Positions 1 through 10,105 of a stretch of 64,000 nt of DNA are shown here, in pieces. Source of the stretch: an uncultured bacterium (GTDB taxonomy: Bacteria > Acidobacteriota > HRBIN11 > JAKEFK01); NCBI GenBank assembly GCA_963777505.1, contig CAVZQN010000006.1:192001-256000 (forward strand). The letters are read 5' to 3'. The notes under the pieces were generated by a model. That model searched no databases. It saw nothing but the letters and a program-made list of their open reading frames with translations, and was not told the origin of the DNA. Position numbers and translations under genes: made by a program. Every line of letters starts with the position of its first letter. The first letter of the stretch is position 1.

Positions 1-96
1 TTAGGTCCCAGTTCCCATCTAAAAAAGTCCTAATTCGGTTTTACCAAAAAAATAATGGATTCGGAAGAGAAATGGTAGGGCAGAATCAACTTTCTT

Positions 97-942
97 TCAG
101 TTCTGTAATAAAACATCCATCACATCACAAAATCTACGGAAGAACAGTACATCATGGACACGCAGTATATGAGCTCCCTGGGTAAGACATATTGCAGCTG
201 CTGCCGCGGTTCCTTCCAGACGATGCTCGGGGGGAAGTCCTGTAATTTTATGAATAAATGACTTGCGTGAAGGTCCCGCAAGCACTGGCCTATTAAGCTG
301 ATGAAGAAAGGAAAGTTCCCGCAAAATTTGTAAATTATGGTCGAGATTTTTGCCAAAACCTATTCCGGGATCCAGAATGAGCCTGTCTTTGGAAATCCCT
401 GCTTTTTCGGATAAACGAACCGTTTCATGAAAAAAGTCCAGAATCTCCTTCTTCAGGTCCACATAATTGGGTTCCGAGGGCATAGGGTGGATCGATTTTA
501 GAAAGTGCATACAGACAATGGGCACATCGTATTTTGATAGAACGGCAGGCATGTCAGGATCCATTCGAAACGATGAAACGTCATTGATAAGATCGGCGCC
601 TTCTTCCAGGCAAATTCGAGCAACTTCGCTGCGATAGGTATCGATGGATATCCAGGCATTCTCGTGTTTGCGGACAGCACGAAGCACAGGAACGACTCGT
701 TCCAATTCCTGATTCGCTCCTATCGGTTCGGAACCCGGACGCGTGGATTGGGCTCCAAGATCCAAAATATCAGCACCTTCATTCAGAAGTTTTTCTGAAT
801 GTGCGATTGCGTCTCCAGGAGTAAGATGTGCGCCTCCATCATAAAAGGAATCGGGCGTAATATTGACCACACCCATAATGCAGGTGCGAGAACCTAAGGG
901 GAGGATTTTATTTCCTGAACGCAGGCTGTATTTCGGCCGCAT
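97..942 (-). CDS. folP: Dihydropteroate synthase
   Basis: MGVVNITPDSFYDGG, GAQSTRPG, DPGIGFGK, GPSRKSF and LRVHDV motifs; follows ftsH. Confidence 0.97.
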   Translation of the reverse strand: MRPKYSLRSGNKILPLGSRTCIMGVVNITPDSFYDGGAHLTPGDAIAHSEKLLNEGADILDLGAQSTRPGSEPIGANQELERVVPVLRAVRKHENAWISIDTYRSEVARICLEEGADLINDVSSFRMDPDMPAVLSKYDVPIVCMHFLKSIHPMPSEPNYVDLKKEILDFFHETVRLSEKAGISKDRLILDPGIGFGKNLDHNLQILRELSFLHQLNRPVLAGPSRKSFIHKITGLPPEHRLEGTAAAAAICLTQGAHILRVHDVLFFRRFCDVMDVLLQN

Positions 943-954
943 CGCGAGTTTATC

Positions 955-1040
955 TCAACACAAAGTCACCAAGACACGAAATTCCACTAATAATAAAGAA
1001 ATTATTTGTGTAACTTAGTGCCTTGGTGTCTTTGTGTTGA
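955..1040. repeat. 26-bp imperfect inverted repeat built from CACNAAGN octamers
   Basis: Arms TCAACACAAAGTCACCAAGACACGAA (955-980) and TTAGTGCCTTGGTGTCTTTGTGTTGA (1015-1040), 3 mismatches, AT-rich loop; fills the ftsH-folP gap. Confidence 0.85.
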
Positions 1041-1044
1041 ATTA

Positions 1045-2931
1045 TTAGTTCTGAGGCACCACTACCGGCGCGCCTTTTACTTTTGCCGGTTCTTTCTTGC
1101 CCGAATCACCTGCATCGGCCAGTTCTTTTAATGGCAATCCTTCACAAATGAGCCTGATTTCTTCAGTATCCAGAGTTTCACGTTCAAGCAATGCCTCTGC
1201 TATTTTTTCAAGCAAATGCTTATTTTCAACAAGCAGAGTTCTTGCACGATCGTAATTGGTTATGATAATCCTTTTTATTTCTTGATCGATCTTAATTGCT
1301 GTTTCAGGACTGATCACATTTTGCTGCGAGAATTCACGGCCAAGGAAGATAGCTTCTTCTTTTTTGCCAAATGAAACAGGACCAAGTTCCAGGCTCATAC
1401 CCCATTCGCAAACCATTTTGCGCGCCAGGTCAGTTGCAGTTTCAAGATCATTTTCTGCACCTGTTGTAATCTGGCTCAATGTAAGTTCTTCTGAAATTCG
1501 GCCGCCAAGACAAATTGCGATCATATTTTCAAGAAAATCTTTGCTGTAGTTGTAACGATCATCGAGAGGCAGTTGCTGCGTTAGACCCATCGCCCGGCCA
1601 CGCGGAATAATCGTAACCTTGTGCACGGGGTCTGTATTAGGAAGTAAATGAGCAACTAGAGCATGACCTGCTTCGTGATACGCTGTGCTCCGTTTTTCTT
1701 CATCAGTAATGATCATCGAACGGCGCTCAGCTCCCATTAAGACTTTGTCTTTTGCATACTCAAAATCAGCATGAAGGACTGCTTTGCGATTTAAACGAGC
1801 AGCGATTAAGGCAGCTTCGTTCACAAGATTTGCAAGATCTGCTCCGGAAAATCCTGGAGTTCCACGAGCAATCTTTCGTGTATCGACGTCAGGGGCAAGA
1901 GGAACTTTGCGAGTATGAACGGAAAGTATTCCTTCACGTCCTTTTAGATCAGGACGTTGCACAACAACACGGCGATCAAAACGACCGGGTCTAAGAAGAG
2001 CAGGATCTAAAACATCGGGACGATTCGTTGCTGCCACAAGAATGACGCCTTCATTCGTTTCGAATCCATCCATCTCAACAAGCAATTGATTCAGCGTCTG
2101 TTCGCGTTCATCATGACCGCCACCCAGTCCTGCACCACGATGCCGGCCGACGGCATCAATCTCATCAATAAATATGATACAGGGCGCATTCTTTTTGCCC
2201 TGCTCAAACAGATCGCGCACACGGGATGCACCAACTCCAACAAACATTTCTACGAAATCAGAGCCGCTGATGCTGAAGAATGGAACATTCGCTTCTCCTG
2301 CAATCGCCCGCGCAAGCAAAGTTTTACCTGTGCCGGGAGGTCCCATCAGAAGCACACCTTTGGGAATCCTTCCACCAAGCTTGATGAATTTTTGAGGATC
2401 TTTAAGAAAATCGATAATTTCTTGAAGCTCTTCCCGCGCTTCATCAACACCGGCCACATCCCGGAATGTGACTCTCTTTTGTTGGGAAGTCAGAAGCTTT
2501 GCGCGTGATTTTCCGAATGAAAGCGCTTTATTGCCGCCAACCTGCATCTGGCGCATAAAGAAGATCCACATTACACCAACAACAATGATTACGATCAGAC
2601 CCTGAATCATCCAGGACATTACGGGACTGGATTCTGAGTTTTCAGAACCAATTACAATGCCCTTTTTGCGCAGATCATTGACAAGATTGTACGAGTTATA
2701 ACCCGGAGGTGTATACGTTCTATATGGGTAACCATCAATCTGGGTTACACGAATTTCGCTTTTACGGATGTCGACTTCTCGAACACGGCCATTGTCAACA
2801 TCATCTAGAAATGCGCTGAACTTAACATCCGGGCGCTGCATTTTTCCAGCAAAATGCCCGTAATATAAAGCCATTACGATAACAGCGGATAAAGTGCCCA
2901 CAATAATAAAGAAACGCAAAGCTGCTTTCAC
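1045..2931 (-). CDS. ftsH: ATP-dependent zinc metalloprotease FtsH
   Basis: Two N-terminal TM segments, Walker A GPPGTGKT, Walker [24 protein letters not shown] zinc motif. Confidence 0.99.
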   Translation of the reverse strand: MKAALRFFIIVGTLSAVIVMALYYGHFAGKMQRPDVKFSAFLDDVDNGRVREVDIRKSEIRVTQIDGYPYRTYTPPGYNSYNLVNDLRKKGIVIGSENSESSPVMSWMIQGLIVIIVVGVMWIFFMRQMQVGGNKALSFGKSRAKLLTSQQKRVTFRDVAGVDEAREELQEIIDFLKDPQKFIKLGGRIPKGVLLMGPPGTGKTLLARAIAGEANVPFFSISGSDFVEMFVGVGASRVRDLFEQGKKNAPCIIFIDEIDAVGRHRGAGLGGGHDEREQTLNQLLVEMDGFETNEGVILVAATNRPDVLDPALLRPGRFDRRVVVQRPDLKGREGILSVHTRKVPLAPDVDTRKIARGTPGFSGADLANLVNEAALIAARLNRKAVLHADFEYAKDKVLMGAERRSMIITDEEKRSTAYHEAGHALVAHLLPNTDPVHKVTIIPRGRAMGLTQQLPLDDRYNYSKDFLENMIAICLGGRISEELTLSQITTGAENDLETATDLARKMVCEWGMSLELGPVSFGKKEEAIFLGREFSQQNVISPETAIKIDQEIKRIIITNYDRARTLLVENKHLLEKIAEALLERETLDTEEIRLICEGLPLKELADAGDSGKKEPAKVKGAPVVVPQN

Positions 2932-3002
2932 TCAAATACTCCCGTTTGAACTAATCTTAATGTAAACTTGGTCTTGATAAAAAACAATGTCTTTTCAATC
3001 CT

Positions 3003-3536
3003 TTACCGGCATTCTGATGGATCTAGTTCAGCAATGTATCGCAAATTTCTACCCAGTTCTCTGTAGTCTAAACCATATCCAATCACAAAGTGATCTTCGA
3101 TTTCAAAGCCAACATAATCCGCTTTAATATTCAATTTTCTACGAGATGGCTTATCCAGTAAAACACACGTCTTTAAAGACTCCGGCTGCTCCTCCCTGAG
3201 CTGCTTGACCAGATAATCAAGCGTAATTCCAGTATCCAGAATATCCTCGACGACAAGGATCTGTTTCCCATGGAGGTCTTCTGATACAGACGAGAAATGT
3301 AGGCTAACAGTTCCAGAGCTTTCCGTTTCTCCTCTATAACTGCTTACCTGCACGAAATGGATGCGAAGTGGAACGTTCAAGCGACGGATCAGATCCGACA
3401 CAAAGATAATTCCGCCCTTCAATAAACAAATCATATCCAACGTGTAACCATCATAATCGTTATTGATGGTTACAGAGATTTCATTGATCCGTTCCTGAAT
3501 TTTTTCTTCCGGGATCAAGATTCTATGTTTATACAT
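3003..3536 (-). CDS. hpt: Hypoxanthine phosphoribosyltransferase
   Basis: LLKGG, PRPP loop VVEDILDTGIT, FVIGYGLDY; ATG at 3536 overlaps the tilS stop. Confidence 0.95.
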   Translation of the reverse strand: MYKHRILIPEEKIQERINEISVTINNDYDGYTLDMICLLKGGIIFVSDLIRRLNVPLRIHFVQVSSYRGETESSGTVSLHFSSVSEDLHGKQILVVEDILDTGITLDYLVKQLREEQPESLKTCVLLDKPSRRKLNIKADYVGFEIEDHFVIGYGLDYRELGRNLRYIAELDPSECR

Positions 3537-4857
3537 CTCTCTCAATTTTTAAGACTCGCCGAGTTTTTGGAGTCACTTTAAAATCCTCATCAATTTCAAA
3601 TCCTGAGATGCAGACAAGATGATCGTCTTTGAAAATGAGTGGAATTTTCTTGCGCTTTGTTCGAGCCACTTTCCGGTCGATCCAGAAATCACTTAATTTT
3701 TTGGTCCCTTTCATCCCTAATGGATGAAAAGAATCACCCTTCTTCCAATTACGAATAGTTAAAGGAAATGCAGCTTTTTCTGCGTCAAGAAAAGCAATGT
3801 GTCGTGAGAAAGACAGTCCTTTGTTTTCGATTACACTAAATTTCAAAGACGTTTTTGCTGGAAAATATGGATAGATCCCAGTCCCCGTGACATCAATTTC
3901 CAGAAAACCTGCCTGACCAGTCTTCTGTGAAAAATGAATTCTCTCCGGCGTGCATTGTACCATGAGAAAGCCCGTAAGTTCCACGTTTGACGAGGTTTCG
4001 ATCGCTTTTAGAATGCTTCGAAAAGTACGTGAGCTTGTTCTGAAAGATGGATCGGCTTTAATCAGTGCCTTACGGATTAACTCCTTCTGAACTGGCAGTG
4101 AGGACTCTAGAAAAATCCTTTTATCGAGGCTGACACCTTGTTTATCTTCGAAAATTTGTTTTGTAAGCGGCTGAGTCAGCTCATCAATGAGAGAGTTTTG
4201 CTCTTCCAACCATGCCGCTGAACGCAGGATGGCTGCGCGAACAGCAGGATTAAATTGAGATTCAAGATATGGAAGCAGCTCATGGCGAACACGATTCCTT
4301 TGAAATTGAAGGCTTTTATTGGAAGGATCGGAATACGTTTCTACAAATTGATCAGCAAGAAATTGTTGAATTTCAATCCTGGAAAGACAGAGTAAGGGTC
4401 GAATGTATTTTCCACGGCTCGATGTGATACCGGGAAGCCCGCGAGGCCCTGTTCCGCGCAGAAGTCTGAGTAGAAACGTTTCAACCACATCATCTTGATG
4501 ATGCGCGAGTGCGATTCGTGAAAACCCAACCTGTTTCGCGACTTTTTCAAAGTGACGATACCTTCTTTTTCTTGCTTCTTCTTCAAGACTTGCGGGTCTT
4601 TTTTTCCAATGCATTTGTTCCACATGAAGTTCGATTGCATGTTGAGCGCAAAATTGCCGTACAAATTTTTCTTCATCCGCAGAATCTTGACGAAGATTGT
4701 GGTTTACATAAATCGCAGCCGTATCGGGATAGAGCTTTCGTAAGATTAGAAGCAACGTGGTAGAGTCCGGACCGCCGGAATATGCAACGGCAATACGATC
4801 CTGAGGCTTGATCAGTGCGTGTTGTTGAATGAAGTTTTGGACGCGTCGAATTAGCAT
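3529..4857 (-). CDS. tilS: tRNA(Ile)-lysidine synthetase
   Basis: PP-loop SGGPDS, AHHQDDVVETFL, RPLL, DPSN, RNRVRH, C-terminal KKLSDFWIDRKV domain. Confidence 0.97.
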   Translation of the reverse strand: MLIRRVQNFIQQHALIKPQDRIAVAYSGGPDSTTLLLILRKLYPDTAAIYVNHNLRQDSADEEKFVRQFCAQHAIELHVEQMHWKKRPASLEEEARKRRYRHFEKVAKQVGFSRIALAHHQDDVVETFLLRLLRGTGPRGLPGITSSRGKYIRPLLCLSRIEIQQFLADQFVETYSDPSNKSLQFQRNRVRHELLPYLESQFNPAVRAAILRSAAWLEEQNSLIDELTQPLTKQIFEDKQGVSLDKRIFLESSLPVQKELIRKALIKADPSFRTSSRTFRSILKAIETSSNVELTGFLMVQCTPERIHFSQKTGQAGFLEIDVTGTGIYPYFPAKTSLKFSVIENKGLSFSRHIAFLDAEKAAFPLTIRNWKKGDSFHPLGMKGTKKLSDFWIDRKVARTKRKKIPLIFKDDHLVCISGFEIDEDFKVTPKTRRVLKIERDV

Positions 4858-4878
4858 GGTGTGTACTTTAGCGAGGAG

Positions 4879-4952
4879 TGGCGGTGCAGGGATTCGAACC
4901 CCGGACGCCGCGGATATGAGCCGCGTGCTCTAACCAACTGAGCTACACCGCC
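4879..4952 (-). tRNA. tRNA-Met (CAT), elongator type; CCA not encoded
   Basis: Reverse complement GGCGGTGTAGCTCAGTTGGTTAGAGCA-CGCGG-CTCATAT-CCGCG-GCGTCCGGGGTTCGAATCCCTGCACCGCCA folds as a cloverleaf with anticodon CAT. Confidence 0.93.
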
Positions 4953-5020
4953 TTTTTGGGAAGCCTCAATTCTAGATGTCCGGTATAACCTTGTCAACGA
5001 AATGAAACCTCGGTTTGCAC

Positions 5021-5092
5021 GTAGGGGCGGGTCTAAGACCCGCCCGTGAAAGTGGTGCAAAGAATCCGGGCGGGTCTTAGACCCGCCCCTAC
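5021..5092. repeat. GTAG-type REP doublet (two inverted palindromic units)
   Basis: GTAGGGGCGGGTCTAAGACCCGCCC (5021-5045) and its exact reverse complement (5068-5092). Confidence 0.9.
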
Positions 5093-5111
5093 CATCAGTT
5101 ATAATAAAACC

Positions 5112-5288
5112 ATGCCGAGCGTCACGAATTGTTGTGTTTGTTCAGCTTCCGAAGATACCAAAATGCTAAAGAAATGTCCGATCTGTTTCCGTTTTGTCTG
5201 TGAAGAGTGTTGCTATCGCTTTTGTGGACGTTGGTTTTGCAACAGGAATTGCGCGGATTATTTTTTCTTCGGCGGCGATGAGGAATAA
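5112..5288 (+). CDS. Small Cys-rich putative zinc-finger protein (58 aa)
   Basis: 11 Cys in CxxC/CxxxC arrangements; TATAAT 6 nt before ATG; stop 6 nt before hemB. Confidence 0.7.
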   Translation: MPSVTNCCVCSASEDTKMLKKCPICFRFVCEECCYRFCGRWFCNRNCADYFFFGGDEE

Positions 5289-5294
5289 CTACAA

Positions 5295-6263
5295 ATGTTT
5301 CCACTTCAGCGCCCAAGGCGCCTTCGCAAAAATTCACTCATTCGGGATCTTGTCCGTGAAACGTCAGTCAATCTTTCACACTTAATTTATCCGATGTTTG
5401 TGAGTGCAGAAGTGGATCGACCTGTTGCGGTTCCTTCGATGCCAGGAATTCATCAACATACAGTCGATTCAGCAGTCCAGGAAGCGTCTGACCTTTTTGC
5501 AAAAGGAGTTCACAGCTTTTTGTTTTTTGGAATACCGGACAAGAAAGATGCGTATGCATCCGGTGCATATCGGGAAAATGGAATTGTTCAAAAGACAGTC
5601 CGTGCTATTCGTAAAGAGATTCCGGATGCTGTGATCTTTACAGATGTTTGTTTGTGTTCTTATACAGATACGGGACATTGCGGGATTGTGCGCGATGGAA
5701 AGATTATCAACGATGAATCGGTGGAATTATTGAGCCGCACTGCATTATCACATGCAGATGCCGGCGCAGATTTTGTCGCACCTTCAGATATGATGGATGG
5801 CCGCGTGTTAGCGATTAGAAAAAGACTTGATGAGAATAATCTTGAAGATATAGGAATTTTGTCGTATTCAGCAAAATTCGCATCCGCATTTTATGGCCCC
5901 TTTCGTGATGCAGCCCATTCAGCGCCACAATTTGGTGATCGACGAACTCACCAGATGGATCCTGCGAATAGATTGGAAGCATTAAAGGAAATGGAACTTG
6001 ATTTAAACGAAGGCGCAGACATGTTAATGATAAAACCGGCGCTTCCGTATCTTGATATTTTGCGCGAAGCAAGGAATCGTTTTCTTGTTCCGCTCGTAGC
6101 GTATAATGTCAGCGGTGAATATTCGATGGTAAAAGCTGCAGGACAAAGAAGTTGGATTCAGGAGCAGCAAGTGAGAGATGAAATGTTGCTCTCGATTCGG
6201 CGTGCAGGTGCAGATATCATCATTACATATTTCGCCAAAGATCTTGCCAATAAAACTTCATAA
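5295..6263 (+). CDS. hemB: Porphobilinogen synthase (Zn-dependent type)
   Basis: DVCLCSYTDTGHCG zinc site, SDMMDGRV, FYGPFRDA, MIKPA. Confidence 0.98.
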   Translation: MFPLQRPRRLRKNSLIRDLVRETSVNLSHLIYPMFVSAEVDRPVAVPSMPGIHQHTVDSAVQEASDLFAKGVHSFLFFGIPDKKDAYASGAYRENGIVQKTVRAIRKEIPDAVIFTDVCLCSYTDTGHCGIVRDGKIINDESVELLSRTALSHADAGADFVAPSDMMDGRVLAIRKRLDENNLEDIGILSYSAKFASAFYGPFRDAAHSAPQFGDRRTHQMDPANRLEALKEMELDLNEGADMLMIKPALPYLDILREARNRFLVPLVAYNVSGEYSMVKAAGQRSWIQEQQVRDEMLLSIRRAGADIIITYFAKDLANKTS

Positions 6264-6279
6264 AGGTTTCAGTTAACGC

Positions 6280-7059
6280 GTGTATAGCTTTCATTATCCG
6301 GCCGAATATTACGACGAAGATTACACTAAGGGAATTCCCGAAAGAGGGGATATTGCCTTCTATAAAAAATTTGCGGAACAGCAAGGTTCACCTGTTTTGG
6401 AATTGGGCTGTGGTACTGGCCGCACATTGATTCCGATCGCCCAATCAGGAATCGAATGTTTTGGGTTAGATATGAATCGGGACATGCTTGGCATTTGTGA
6501 AACGAAGGTGCGAGCTCTAGGGCTAACAAATGTCCGTCTTCAGTCAGCAAGTATGGATGAATTTGAGTACGATCAAAAATTTTCCATGATTTATATCCCA
6601 TTCCGATCTTTCCAACATTTGTTGGATCCGGATGCTCAGATGAGATGCCTTCGACTCGTTCGAAATCATCTAAAACCGGACGGCTTATTTGTCCTGGATG
6701 TATTTGCTCCGAACATGGAACGTCTTGGCAAATATTCAAGCACTCAACCCGGTCAATGGGAAAAGGAATTTACACGCAAGAATGAGGAAACTGAAAGTAC
6801 AATTACGCGTTACTATCAAGCGCGTGCGAATTATGCAGATCAGATCATTGAACTTGAAATGAAATGGGAAGAACGAAATGCTGATGGTATCATTTTGGCT
6901 CGTAAAGAAGGCTCTTTCAAATTAAGATACATTTTTCGTTTTGAACTTGAACATTTGCTCGTCCGTTGCGGATTCACTCCGGCAATTTATGGAACCTTTG
7001 ATGAAAAACCATACGACTATGCTTCAGGTGAAACCATAGCTGTTTGCAAGCTTGCATAA
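6280..7059 (+). CDS. Class I SAM-dependent methyltransferase
   Basis: VLELGCGTGR motif I, HLKPDGLFVLD. Confidence 0.9.
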   Translation: MYSFHYPAEYYDEDYTKGIPERGDIAFYKKFAEQQGSPVLELGCGTGRTLIPIAQSGIECFGLDMNRDMLGICETKVRALGLTNVRLQSASMDEFEYDQKFSMIYIPFRSFQHLLDPDAQMRCLRLVRNHLKPDGLFVLDVFAPNMERLGKYSSTQPGQWEKEFTRKNEETESTITRYYQARANYADQIIELEMKWEERNADGIILARKEGSFKLRYIFRFELEHLLVRCGFTPAIYGTFDEKPYDYASGETIAVCKLA

Positions 7060-7097
7060 CCTCCGGCTTTGCCGGCGCACAATTCGGGAGGGTTGCG

Positions 7098-10067
7098 ATG
7101 AGATTCATTCTTCTTCTACTGTTATTGCCTTCGCTGCTTTTTGCTAATCAAGAAATCGATCAGGATTACACAAAAAAGATCCACGAATACACAACCGCGC
7201 CCGATATGACCACAGACCTTGTGGATCATCTTCCTGCATCCAGCACAGTACCAACACCGTTAAAGCATCATGGCTATATTGCAGGAACAGCTGACAAACT
7301 CACCTATGCAGAGGATGTGTATCGCTATATGCGAGCGCTAGATGAAGCCTCGCCGCGCGTGAAAGTTGTTTCGATCGGCCAATCAGAAGAAGGCCGCGAG
7401 ATGATTCTGGTTGTAATCGCAGATGAAAAAACAATAACAGAATTAGATCGCTATCGCGAAATTACAAAAAAACTTTCCGATCCAAGGAAACTCAATGATA
7501 CGGAAGCAGAGCAACTCATCAACAGCGGAAAGCCTTTTTATTATGCAACAGGCGCGATGCATTCTCCGGAAACAGGCAGCCCGGAAATGTTGATGGAACT
7601 TGCATACAGGCTTGCTGTTGAAGAAACGCCGATGATTCAAAACATCAGAAACAATGTAATCACTCTGATTACACCCGTTCTGGATGTTGATGGACGCAAC
7701 AGGATGGTAGATTTAATTCGCTGGTATCAAGCCAATCCAAATGCAGGTGTTCCACCTTTGATTTATTGGGGCAAATACGTCGCACATGATAACAATCGTG
7801 ATTCAATCGGAATCTCGTTAAAACTTTCGCAAAATGTTTTGAAGACTTATTTTGAATATTATCCGCAAGTCGTTCACGATCTGCATGAATCGGTTCCTTT
7901 CCTGTATGTTTCTACGGGCACAGGTCCTTACAATCCTGCATTGGATCCGCTTGCAATCAATGAATGGTTCCGCATCGCATATTACGAAGTTCAGACTTTA
8001 ACGCAAAAAGGTTTGCCAGGTGTTTGGACGTACGGCTTTTATGATGGATGGGCGCCGAATTATATGTTCTGGGTTGCACATGGACATAATTCAATCGGCC
8101 GGTTTTACGAAACATTTGGCAACAGCGTACCATCAACTGTAGACCGAGTCGTGCGTGATGCGAGCCAGCGCGCATGGTATCGCGCAAATCCCCCTCTTCC
8201 AAAAGTGAAATGGTCGCTTCGTAATAATGTTAATTTCATGCAAAGTGGTTTGCTTCTTGCGCTGAATTATGTAGGAGAAAATCGCGCACACTATCTGCGG
8301 ACTTTCTGGAATTTAGGTAAACGTTCCATTGCCAAAGCTACAAATGAAGGTCCTGCTGCATACGTTTTGGACGCAGGTCAAAAACGCCAAGGCCAGCTAC
8401 GTGATCTTCTAGACTTATTTAACAAACACGGAATCGAAGTTCATCGCGCCGACAATGAATTTTCAATTAAGCCAAATTGGCCTCCAAAAAAGAAGGAAGA
8501 TGACACTGACAAGAAAGACTCTAAAGATTCTAAAGATCAGAAAAAGAAGGAAGTAGAAGATCTGAAGTTCGCAGCAGGAAGTTACATCATCCGGATGGAT
8601 CAGCCTTACAGCCGTCTTGCGGATACTTTATTGGATGTTCAGTTTGTGAAAGGTGAAGAACGAATTTACGATGACACCGGATGGACACTTGGATACACAA
8701 AGAATCTTGATGTAAAACGGGTTGTAAATCAGGATGTGCTGAAAGTTCCAATGAAACTCCGGACACAACCAACAGCACAATCCGTAAAATTAAAATCAAA
8801 TGTTATTGCAATCCGGAATTCTGCCGACACAGACGTTGTGAAGCTTCTGTATCAACTAAAAGATGCCCATTTCTCAATCATTGATGAAGAATTCAAGCGA
8901 AAGGAAGGGAATCTTCCTGCGGGTACACTTTTTGTGAAAGTTGATGATTCAAATCGAACGATTGTTGAGGAAGCGTTAGCAAAATTCGGATCTTTTAGTA
9001 TTGATTCGTTCGATAAAATCCCCGCCGGCGCGCGTGAATTATCTGCACCGAAAATTGCAATTCTGCATACCTGGCTGAATACACAGGATGAAGGTTGGTA
9101 CCGGCTTGCGTTGGAAAGTCTCGGAGTTCCGTATGAGTATATTTCTACTCAGGATGTCGCAAATGATGCTGTACTGCGGAGTAAATACGATGTGATCATT
9201 TTTCCGCCGGTCAGTTTTGGTCCTCAAGACATTGTGAATGGTTTACCGGATGGTCCGCCGATTCCATGGAAAAAATCAGAACTAACTCCAAACCTTGGCG
9301 TTGATGAAACGGAAAATATGCGTCCTGGAATGGGATTTAGCGGAGTAGCGAATTTAAAAAAGTTTGTTGAAGAAGGCGGATTGTTAATTACTGTTCAGGA
9401 AACATCGGAGTGGGCGATTGAATATGGTCTTGCGCGATGGGTAAGTGTGGTGGAGGCAAACAAGTTGAAGGCACGTGGTTCGATTCTGAAAGCTGTTGTT
9501 AACGATCCGCGAAGTCCCGTTGCCTACGGTTATGATGATTCGATTCCAGTTCACTACTCCGGAGGGCCAGTTTTTAAGATTGGTGTTGATATCAGAAGGC
9601 GTGATCAAGATGAAGCTCGTCCAAGTGGTCGCGGTTCAAAAAATGATCCAGATGTTCCGCAGGGTAGAGCGTTTGTAGAAATGCCTGAGAAACCTAAACC
9701 AGCTACCGGTGAAGATGGCTTTATGCCATCAGAAGACTTGCCGTTCCGCTTTCAACCATTCATTCCGCGTGTCGAAGATCGTCCGCGCGCCATTCTTTCA
9801 TTCCCAAAAGAAGCGGATCAAATCCTGCTTTCAGGCATGCTCGAAGGTGGAGAAGATATTGCGGGCACTCCGGTTGTAATCGATTCCCCGCTGGGAAAAG
9901 GGCATATTCTTTTATTTGGAAATAATCCAATGTGGCGTATGACAACGCAAGGTACGTATGCCCTGATTTTCAATGCCGTTTTTAATTACAACAATCTGAA
10001 TGCCGGATGGCCACCAAAGAAAGCAGAGGAGCAGAAGGGCGGAGGAGCGGAGGAGAAAAAGCGATAA
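7098..10067 (+). CDS. Secreted M14-family zinc carboxypeptidase-like protein
   Basis: Signal peptide MRFILLLLLLPSLLFA after GGAGG; HSPE (HxxE), HDNNRD, DLHES motifs. Confidence 0.85.
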   Translation: MRFILLLLLLPSLLFANQEIDQDYTKKIHEYTTAPDMTTDLVDHLPASSTVPTPLKHHGYIAGTADKLTYAEDVYRYMRALDEASPRVKVVSIGQSEEGREMILVVIADEKTITELDRYREITKKLSDPRKLNDTEAEQLINSGKPFYYATGAMHSPETGSPEMLMELAYRLAVEETPMIQNIRNNVITLITPVLDVDGRNRMVDLIRWYQANPNAGVPPLIYWGKYVAHDNNRDSIGISLKLSQNVLKTYFEYYPQVVHDLHESVPFLYVSTGTGPYNPALDPLAINEWFRIAYYEVQTLTQKGLPGVWTYGFYDGWAPNYMFWVAHGHNSIGRFYETFGNSVPSTVDRVVRDASQRAWYRANPPLPKVKWSLRNNVNFMQSGLLLALNYVGENRAHYLRTFWNLGKRSIAKATNEGPAAYVLDAGQKRQGQLRDLLDLFNKHGIEVHRADNEFSIKPNWPPKKKEDDTDKKDSKDSKDQKKKEVEDLKFAAGSYIIRMDQPYSRLADTLLDVQFVKGEERIYDDTGWTLGYTKNLDVKRVVNQDVLKVPMKLRTQPTAQSVKLKSNVIAIRNSADTDVVKLLYQLKDAHFSIIDEEFKRKEGNLPAGTLFVKVDDSNRTIVEEALAKFGSFSIDSFDKIPAGARELSAPKIAILHTWLNTQDEGWYRLALESLGVPYEYISTQDVANDAVLRSKYDVIIFPPVSFGPQDIVNGLPDGPPIPWKKSELTPNLGVDETENMRPGMGFSGVANLKKFVEEGGLLITVQETSEWAIEYGLARWVSVVEANKLKARGSILKAVVNDPRSPVAYGYDDSIPVHYSGGPVFKIGVDIRRRDQDEARPSGRGSKNDPDVPQGRAFVEMPEKPKPATGEDGFMPSEDLPFRFQPFIPRVEDRPRAILSFPKEADQILLSGMLEGGEDIAGTPVVIDSPLGKGHILLFGNNPMWRMTTQGTYALIFNAVFNYNNLNAGWPPKKAEEQKGGGAEEKKR
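10023..10055 (+). repeat. Tandem octamer repeat (GCRGARGN x4) inside the CDS 3' end
   Basis: GCAGAGGA GCAGAAGG GCGGAGGA GCGGAGGA; similar array at 19543-19574. Confidence 0.6.
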
Positions 10068-10105
10068 ATAATTGTAGAACGCACAAGTGATATTTCTCTT
10101 TGAAA

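Noticed and set aside
4851-5111. ORF 4851-5060 (-) and the 5' extension of ORF 5046-5288
   Set aside because: They translate the tRNA and the REP doublet (AGLRPAPT); not credible protein sequence
8488-8556. Lys/Asp-rich repeat in the M14 peptidase (KKKEDDTDKKDSKDSKDQKKK)
   Set aside because: Ordinary in-frame low-complexity linker
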